DNA of 64,000 nucleotides from a virus. Its lineage: Duplodnaviria > Caudoviricetes. The stretch spans positions 1,022-65,021 of the IMG/VR virus record IMGVR_UViG_3300017917_002782. One strand, written 5' to 3'. This document shows positions 57,292 to 64,000 of this stretch, piece after piece. The position numbers were made by a program, and so were the translations under genes. The number at the start of each line of letters is the position of its first letter. Positions within the stretch are counted from its first letter, which is position 1. The notes under the pieces were generated by a model. The model had not been told where the DNA came from, ran no database searches, and saw only the letters and a list, made by a program, of their open reading frames with translations.

Positions 57292-58359
57292 CTAATTCTC
57301 TTCATTTCTTTTAAATGGTTTTGAGTATGGTGGATAAAGTAATTTCCAAATTTGTTCCGAATAATCTCTACCATCCAACATATTAAATAATAAATTAGGG
57401 TGCTTATATCTTTTCGCATATTCTGCAAAAACTCTTCTCTCTTTAATCCCCGGTGATCTGTTTATTATTTTGAATATCCATTTGTATTCATTCTCAATAG
57501 TGTTGTATTGTACGATTAAATTTTCTTTTGTTTCTTTTACCCAGTCATAAAACTCGTCTGGGACCTTATCTAGAATTTCATCCATAGGTTTACCATCTTT
57601 CAAATACTCCCAAATATCCCTATTAGATATGTTGGTTAATATTCGATGTAATCTAACATATTCATCACCCTTGATTTTCATTCTAAAACCATTTTTAAAA
57701 CGAATTACATAACCTTCTTTATCGTTTGATATTTCTTCTTTTAGTATATCAAACCCCTCACCCCATGTTTTGTATAAAGTAACGACTTTGAATCCTACGT
57801 TATTAATCATGTTGTTTAAACGAATATCTTCGTTGTAATCATTGTGAATGTTAACTTCATTACCGCTTTCCGTATGAATCACACCTAATAAAATCAAATC
57901 CTCAAAATCATAAACGCACACAATTCTATTCTCAGGATAAATGATTTCAAACAGGTAAGTATAGTCAGTATGTAACCGGTTGTAATGATACTTCTCAAGT
58001 AATTGACGACCTTTGATTGATTGTTCGGAAGTGAATGAACCACGGGTTGCCATTACCCATTCACCATTGTAATTAAACAATATACCTAACGAACCATCTA
58101 ATTTTTCATAAACATCAAAATATTCGTTTGGAATTTCTTCTGGTTTATGTTCTTCATAATTAAAGAATTTTTTGAATGGTCTTGCGATAACCTTACCTTG
58201 ACTATTGGTCACTAATCCACGACATTGCATGGTGATATCATCCCACAATCTTTCATATTGAACTTTTGGTGAATAATTCCAAATGGTTAAATCGAGAGTT
58301 AGATGAGTTTGTTTGTGTAACAAACCATCATTATGGTATTTTTCTAATACTTCTATCAT
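57292..58359 (-). CDS. T4 Rnl1-like RNA ligase
   Basis: CRGL, RPF.KFFN, EKLDGSL, ATRGSF, FEII, EGYV, KIK. Confidence 0.9.
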   Translation of the reverse strand: MIEVLEKYHNDGLLHKQTHLTLDLTIWNYSPKVQYERLWDDITMQCRGLVTNSQGKVIARPFKKFFNYEEHKPEEIPNEYFDVYEKLDGSLGILFNYNGEWVMATRGSFTSEQSIKGRQLLEKYHYNRLHTDYTYLFEIIYPENRIVCVYDFEDLILLGVIHTESGNEVNIHNDYNEDIRLNNMINNVGFKVVTLYKTWGEGFDILKEEISNDKEGYVIRFKNGFRMKIKGDEYVRLHRILTNISNRDIWEYLKDGKPMDEILDKVPDEFYDWVKETKENLIVQYNTIENEYKWIFKIINRSPGIKERRVFAEYAKRYKHPNLLFNMLDGRDYSEQIWKLLYPPYSKPFKRNEEN

Positions 58360-58754
58360 AGACTTACCTCGAAACGGGTTTTCATTTGTTCTAACTTATC
58401 TTCAGGTACACCATGTTCATTCACCCCACCATGTCTGTTTTCAACTATCAATGAATATACTCTATAACCATATTGTTTGGCTAACTCATAGTAAGCATCC
58501 ATTTCCCATTCTTGAGTGAATGTGTTTGATACAACTACAGGCGAATGCTCATACTTCATAGCAAATTCAATTTCCTCACGACACCAGTTATGAGCCTCTT
58601 TTAATTTAGTTGGGTTAAACTTGTAGTTACCATCGGAATCTACAAAGTACATATCAGCCTCTTTATGACAATAATCCTTATCACCAACTAGCATTTTGGC
58701 TAATGTTGATTTACCCGAACCAGGTAATCCTCTTAATAATATTAATTCTTTCAT
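58356..58754 (-). CDS. P-loop polynucleotide-kinase-like protein (AAA_33)
   Basis: RGLPGSGKST, EAD.YF, VSNTF, HGVP. Confidence 0.85.
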   Translation of the reverse strand: MKELILLRGLPGSGKSTLAKMLVGDKDYCHKEADMYFVDSDGNYKFNPTKLKEAHNWCREEIEFAMKYEHSPVVVSNTFTQEWEMDAYYELAKQYGYRVYSLIVENRHGGVNEHGVPEDKLEQMKTRFEVSL

Positions 58755-58841
58755 TTTTCTTTTTAATTAAAAAATGTGAGCTGTGGTGTAACACAATACA
58801 TTTAACTCACATTACCACCATAGGTAGTAAGCACTCACATT

Positions 58842-59021
58842 TTACATTGAAATAGTGTCGATCAACATCTCACTTGATTCAGTTTCAAGTGAATCGGTTA
58901 ATGTTTCATCTTCAACAATAGTTGTTGAGTCGATTTGTTCGGTTTTTGTGGTTGACCCATTACCACAAGCACTCATTACTACAATAGCAACAAGGGCAAA
59001 AATGAATGTATATCTTTTCAT
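58842..59021 (-). CDS. small lipoprotein
   Basis: MKRYTFIFALVAIVVMSA-C. Confidence 0.65.
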   Translation of the reverse strand: MKRYTFIFALVAIVVMSACGNGSTTKTEQIDSTTIVEDETLTDSLETESSEMLIDTISM

Positions 59022-59189
59022 TATTACAAATATACAAAAAATTATTGTAAAAAAAAATCTCCTCAACTAGTTGTCGAGGAGATTGTGGTCATTTTGTGGT
59101 TTCAACACCACGGACTAAAACGAAAGGATATCGGCAAAGATGTCCTATTTAGATATAAATATATATGTTTTTAATAAAAAACCAAGTAT

Positions 59190-61211
59190 TTACTTATTTT
59201 TTTTAAAAATTTTTATTTCACCATCTTTAAATTTCAAATTAGCATTCACATTTTCTTTAATGTTACCTTTCAAAATTTCCTCACTTAGAAAATCTTCACA
59301 CATATTTTGTATAATTCTTTTGATTGGTCTTGCGCCATAATTTTCTTGTGTGTTTAATTCAGAAATTCTTTCGATGATTGTTTGGTCGAAACTTATTTTA
59401 TAGTTTTTTTCTAACAAACGATTTTTTAATTTATCCAATTCAATTTCAATAATTTTGTTTATGTTTTCTTTTGATAATGGATTGAAAAGAATTATATCAT
59501 CGATACGATTTAAAAACTCTGGAGTAAATTGTTGTTTTAGTGATTTTTGTATTATTGATTTTTTAACCTCTTCTTTTTGAAAAGATGATGTTGATGTGTT
59601 GAACCCGAGACCATTTCCAAAATCAGAAACTTTTTTAGCACCAATATTAGATGTCATGATTATTATTGTGTTGGTGAAATTAACTTTCCTACCAAAAGAA
59701 TCTGTTAGATGTCCCTCATCCAATATTTGTAATAAAATATTAAAAACATCTTTATGACCCTTTTCTATCTCATCAAATAAAACAACTGAAAATGGGTTGT
59801 TTTTAATTTTTTCAGTTAATTGACCACCTTCATCATAACCAACATATCCCGGAGGTGAACCAATTAATCTTGAAACATTGTGTTTTTCCATGTACTCACT
59901 CATATCAACACGAATGACTTTATTTGGGTCACCAAATAACATTTCAGCAATTGATTTTGCTAATAAGGTTTTACCAACACCTGTTGAACCTAAAAACATA
60001 AAAGAACCAATGGGTTTATTTGTATCTTTAATTCCAACCCTGTTTCTTCTTATTGCTTTTGATATTATTGCCAAAGCATCATCTTGACCGATAACTTTTG
60101 ATTTCAAACCATTTTCAAGATTCAACAAGTTGGTCGATTCTTTATCATCAAGTTTACTGATTGGTATACCAGTCATCTGTGATACTATCTCATAAACATC
60201 ATCAATGGTTACAGGTGTTTTATTATCTTTTTGTTTGTTAAACCACTTTTGTTTTTCTTCGTCAAGTTTAGTTAGTACTTTCTTTTCCTCATCCCTCAAC
60301 TTTGCTGCTTGTTCGTAATTTTGACTTTTTACTACTTGAATCTTTCTATCTTTAATTTCATCACATTCTTTTTTCAATTTTTCAATTGACTCGGGAATCT
60401 TAGTATTAATTTTTTTATCTGAACCAAGTTCGTCTAAAACATCAATTGCCTTGTCAGGATATTGTCTATCGGTAATAAATCTACCCGATAACTTAACAAT
60501 CGTTTCGATAACATTTTCTTCGTAATTTACTTTATGATAAGACTCATATGAAGTTTTAAGATTACTTAGAATTTGAATTGTTTCATTTTCAGTCGGTTCC
60601 TTCAAGATTATTTTTTGAAATCTTCTTACAAGAGCACTATCTTTTTCAATGTGTTTTTTGTACTCATCAAATGTTGTTGCTCCGATACATTGAATTTCAC
60701 CTCTAGCCAATGCTGGTTTTAAAATGTTTGCGGCATCCATTGAACCACTAGCATTTCCCGCTCCAACCATGGTGTGTAACTCATCAATGAATACCACAAC
60801 ATTAGGTTCATTTTGTAACTCATTTAAAATTGCTTTAACCCTCTCTTCAAATTGACCACGATATTTTGTTCCTGCAACCAATGAGGTTAAATCTAAAGAA
60901 ACAATTCGTTTATCTAAAAGAGATGGTGGACAATCACCCTTAACAATCATTAAAGCTAGCTTTTCAACCAATGCAGATTTACCAACACCAGCATCACCAA
61001 CAACAACCACGTTATTTTTTTTCTTTCGTGATAAGATTTGTAAGACTCTTTTAACTTCTTTGTCTCTCCCAATAACAGGGTCAATTTTACCCTCTTCAAC
61101 TAAACGATTTAAATCCCTTGAAAAATTATCAAGAATTGGTGTGGTTGAACCTTTTTTACTTTTCTTTGGGTTTGTAACTGAAGAACCCTCTTCAAAAAAA
61201 TCTACTGACAT
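59190..61211 (-). CDS. clpC: ClpC-type AAA+ ATPase lacking the N-terminal Clp repeat domain
   Basis: two Walker A motifs ([16 protein letters not shown]), RVDMSEY, GYVG, UVR-like [11 protein letters not shown]. Confidence 0.9.
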   Translation of the reverse strand: MSVDFFEEGSSVTNPKKSKKGSTTPILDNFSRDLNRLVEEGKIDPVIGRDKEVKRVLQILSRKKKNNVVVVGDAGVGKSALVEKLALMIVKGDCPPSLLDKRIVSLDLTSLVAGTKYRGQFEERVKAILNELQNEPNVVVFIDELHTMVGAGNASGSMDAANILKPALARGEIQCIGATTFDEYKKHIEKDSALVRRFQKIILKEPTENETIQILSNLKTSYESYHKVNYEENVIETIVKLSGRFITDRQYPDKAIDVLDELGSDKKINTKIPESIEKLKKECDEIKDRKIQVVKSQNYEQAAKLRDEEKKVLTKLDEEKQKWFNKQKDNKTPVTIDDVYEIVSQMTGIPISKLDDKESTNLLNLENGLKSKVIGQDDALAIISKAIRRNRVGIKDTNKPIGSFMFLGSTGVGKTLLAKSIAEMLFGDPNKVIRVDMSEYMEKHNVSRLIGSPPGYVGYDEGGQLTEKIKNNPFSVVLFDEIEKGHKDVFNILLQILDEGHLTDSFGRKVNFTNTIIIMTSNIGAKKVSDFGNGLGFNTSTSSFQKEEVKKSIIQKSLKQQFTPEFLNRIDDIILFNPLSKENINKIIEIELDKLKNRLLEKNYKISFDQTIIERISELNTQENYGARPIKRIIQNMCEDFLSEEILKGNIKENVNANLKFKDGEIKIFKKNK

Positions 61212-61383
61212 ATTATTTATAATTTTTCATAAAGATACTAAAATTTTACGTAAAAACCAAACATATCTATTTTTTAATTTTATGGTTTGGTTTGTTACGA
61301 AGATACATAAAATCAAATTATTTCACCAACCATATGTTTTTTTTTTTGATTTAAGTTATATTTATATGATAAAAAGAAATTTT

Positions 61384-61830
61384 ATGAAAAAAAATATTAG
61401 ACTAACAGAATCAGAATTAAAGAAAATTGTTAGAAAAGTAATTAATGAAGAAAAGAAAAAAAAGATTATAAAAGAAAGTAAAGTTCAAGTTGACATTAGT
61501 GAATTAATTGGAATCGCGGAAATGGCCGCGAGTATGAGACCCAACGCAAAATGGAATGATTATTTTAGTTCATTTGTTAAAATTTTTAGAAATATGGATT
61601 TAACCGAAGAACAAGGTGAATTAATTTTTGATTGGTTTACTGAAAATTTCCCATCGGCACCAAATGATAGACTTTCGGATTATATACCATCTTTAGCTGG
61701 TAGGTCATCTGAATGGTATGCAGAAGGTGGTTTTCAACATAGTAAAAATTGGGACGATTCACCAGAAGATGCTAAATGGTATGGTGATGATAATTCGGAT
61801 GATTTATATGATAATCCAGATAATTTTTAA
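61384..61830 (+). CDS. hypothetical protein
   Basis: start moved to MKKNIRLTESELKKIV. Confidence 0.7.
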   Translation: MKKNIRLTESELKKIVRKVINEEKKKKIIKESKVQVDISELIGIAEMAASMRPNAKWNDYFSSFVKIFRNMDLTEEQGELIFDWFTENFPSAPNDRLSDYIPSLAGRSSEWYAEGGFQHSKNWDDSPEDAKWYGDDNSDDLYDNPDNF

Positions 61831-61928
61831 TCAAAAGAAATTTTATGAAAAAATATTATCCCCATCCCAAAAAGATGGGGTTTTTTATTTGATATTTATT
61901 GTTTATATTACCAAATAAAAAAAACACT

Positions 61929-62174
61929 ATGGGTATTATTTCAGAAAAAATTGAAGGTAAAATGATTGAGGTAACTATCTCATCATCAAATCTTAAATCA
62001 GCAAAGTTCAATACAGAAGATGAAACTCTATTGATGGAATTCAATAATGGCTCTATTTATGAGTATGAAAAAGTTCCGTGGGAGTTATTCACAAAATTTA
62101 GAATGGCGGAATCTCAAGGTTCTTTTTTCAGTAAAAACATTTCAAGAACATTTAAATACAAAAAGGTACAATGA
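61929..62174 (+). CDS. KTSC domain protein
   Basis: SSNL...F......L.MEFNNGSIYEY.KVP......F..AESQGSFF...I. Confidence 0.85.
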   Translation: MGIISEKIEGKMIEVTISSSNLKSAKFNTEDETLLMEFNNGSIYEYEKVPWELFTKFRMAESQGSFFSKNISRTFKYKKVQ

Positions 62175-62941
62175 GTTTATTTGAGGAATTAATAGAAGAT
62201 AAAGATATGGACAAAGAGATTATTAAATCTTTTAAGTCAAAAGATTCTTTGTCTGATACTATTTTTTCTAATGATAATGGAAATTATAAATTAAAAGACG
62301 ATATAAGAGAAAAAATGTTAGAGGTATCTAACGATTTTTTAAACTTTATTGAAATTAATTTTTTTGTTTACGACATTATTTTAACAGGCTCTTTAGCCAA
62401 CTATAATTGGTCGAGTTATTCGGATGTTGATTTACATATTTTAATAGATTTTGAGGAATTTGGGACAGACAATAAAATATATTCACAGATAGTTAAAGAG
62501 TTCTTTGACGATAAAAAAACGTTATGGAACAACAATACCGATGTAAAAATAAAGGGGTTTGATGTTGAAATGTATTTACAAGATATCAATGAAAAACATG
62601 TTTCGTCTGGTGTTTATTCTGTTTTAAACAATCAATGGGTTGTTGAACCTGAGAAATCAAATCCAAATATCGATGATAAAAAGATTCTCGAAAAAGGGGA
62701 AGAATATGCAAAACAGATTGATGATCTGATTAAACTATCGGAAAAGGGTGAAGACGTTATCGACAAGTCAAAAGAATTAAAGGATAAGATTAAAAAATTT
62801 AGACAAAGTGGTTTGGAATCGGGTGGAGAATACTCATACGAAAACCTTACGTTTAAATTGTTAAGAAGAAACGGATACATTGAGAAGTTACTAAACGTAA
62901 AAAACATTGTAAGAAACAAAAAATTATCACTCCCACAATAG
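62171..62941 (+). CDS. Pol-beta-superfamily nucleotidyltransferase
   Basis: LTGSLANYNW..YSDVDLH. Confidence 0.8.
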   Translation: MSLFEELIEDKDMDKEIIKSFKSKDSLSDTIFSNDNGNYKLKDDIREKMLEVSNDFLNFIEINFFVYDIILTGSLANYNWSSYSDVDLHILIDFEEFGTDNKIYSQIVKEFFDDKKTLWNNNTDVKIKGFDVEMYLQDINEKHVSSGVYSVLNNQWVVEPEKSNPNIDDKKILEKGEEYAKQIDDLIKLSEKGEDVIDKSKELKDKIKKFRQSGLESGGEYSYENLTFKLLRRNGYIEKLLNVKNIVRNKKLSLPQ

Positions 62942-63019
62942 ATAACCCGAATTTTTTTCCTATATGTATGTATTTATAGGATAACGAAGAATAATTATTT
63001 TCAATAAATTTTAAAAAAA

Positions 63020-63964
63020 ATGGCAGAATTAAAACCGCTAGGAAGTGAGAAACTACAAGGTGACGACAAAATAAAAAGGATCCTTGAGTTGACTTATTAT
63101 GGTAATAATCCAAAATCAAAACCATCTAATTCACCTTTAAACAAAGTTGAACATCTATCTGAATCAGTTAATGGTGTTTATGGTATTGTTAAAGAAAAAG
63201 ATGGTTATTATGTAAAAAAGGGTTTGAATGAAGGTTCATTAGATTACATCGGTGGACTTTTTATGAAAAATAAAAATAGATTTAATTCATATGCGGAAGC
63301 GTTAAAAAGACTTGATCTATTAAATGGTCAAGAACTTCAAGAAGCCACAAAATATGTTTTGAAACAAACAAAAAAGGAAGAGGTTACACCATTACCATCG
63401 GATACTCCATCACCTGATATGGGTGCTGAAGAGGTTCCGTCTCCTGAATCATTACCTTCTGATGATATGGGTGCTGAAGAAGAACCAACAGCTGAACCAA
63501 AACCATCTGATTATATGACCGAAATTCAAAAATTTTCGGGTAAATTAGGTCAAGAATTAAGAGATCAAAAAATAAAAATGGAAAGTGATGATATTAAGTA
63601 TGTTCTTAATATGATTATATCAGCAGTTGATTTAACTAAACTAAGTGATGAAGATATTGAGGAAATCGGTAAAAAATTCGATAGGGAAGTTGAAGATGAT
63701 GTTGAATTAAGTGATGAGGTTCCTTCAGATGAAGATACTGCGGAAGTTCCACCAGCGGATGAAGATTTAGGCGAAATGTCAATGATGGATAGGTTAGAGA
63801 GTTTCATTAACTCACCCGCAGTTCAAGACGAAGAAATTGATTTGTCAAAATATTCAGATTTAGATGAATATGAAAAAGACGATATTAAAGAGATCGATTT
63901 AGAAGAAATAAAAAAAGAAATAAACCAAAGCATCGAATCGACTTTAGGTAAATACTTTAAATAA
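63020..63964 (+). CDS. acidic hypothetical (probable virion) protein
   Basis: 314-aa ORF with TATTTAT upstream. Confidence 0.7.
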   Translation: MAELKPLGSEKLQGDDKIKRILELTYYGNNPKSKPSNSPLNKVEHLSESVNGVYGIVKEKDGYYVKKGLNEGSLDYIGGLFMKNKNRFNSYAEALKRLDLLNGQELQEATKYVLKQTKKEEVTPLPSDTPSPDMGAEEVPSPESLPSDDMGAEEEPTAEPKPSDYMTEIQKFSGKLGQELRDQKIKMESDDIKYVLNMIISAVDLTKLSDEDIEEIGKKFDREVEDDVELSDEVPSDEDTAEVPPADEDLGEMSMMDRLESFINSPAVQDEEIDLSKYSDLDEYEKDDIKEIDLEEIKKEINQSIESTLGKYFK

Positions 63965-64000
63965 AATGCGACTAATATATGTCAACGAAATTGGTTCCGA

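Overview
AT-rich segment of a large (jumbo-type) bacteriophage genome; the host is most likely Bacteroidota, judged from TAnnTTTG/-33 TTG promoters, the absence of Shine-Dalgarno motifs and a tmRNA tag starting at GGC. 1-10.9 kb is an early-gene region of small ORFs in repeated promoter/terminator cassettes carrying CCAGACTAAA inverted repeats and DnaA boxes. 10.9-42 kb holds an HNH nuclease, two lysins, probable virion proteins and a glycosylation/carbamoylation cluster. 42-59 kb is a translation-rescue/RNA-repair island with tmRNA+SmpB, about 28 tRNAs plus tRNA-like RNAs, RNA ligase, a PNK-like kinase and a cyclic-phosphate receiver protein, followed by ClpC, a KTSC protein and a nucleotidyltransferase. 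Three systems stand out. (1) Each of two tRNA operons is headed by a short leader peptide with an antiterminator/terminator, and each leader's codons match almost exactly the tRNAs of its own operon. (2) A ROT/TROVE-TerD-like protein is followed by seven structured Y-RNA-like units, one of them grafted into a tRNA-Asn. (3) An operon has two genes (one Pth2-like) with a start-proximal amber codon in identical context, upstream of a CUA suppressor tRNA. All calls were made by eye; no searches or folding programs were run.
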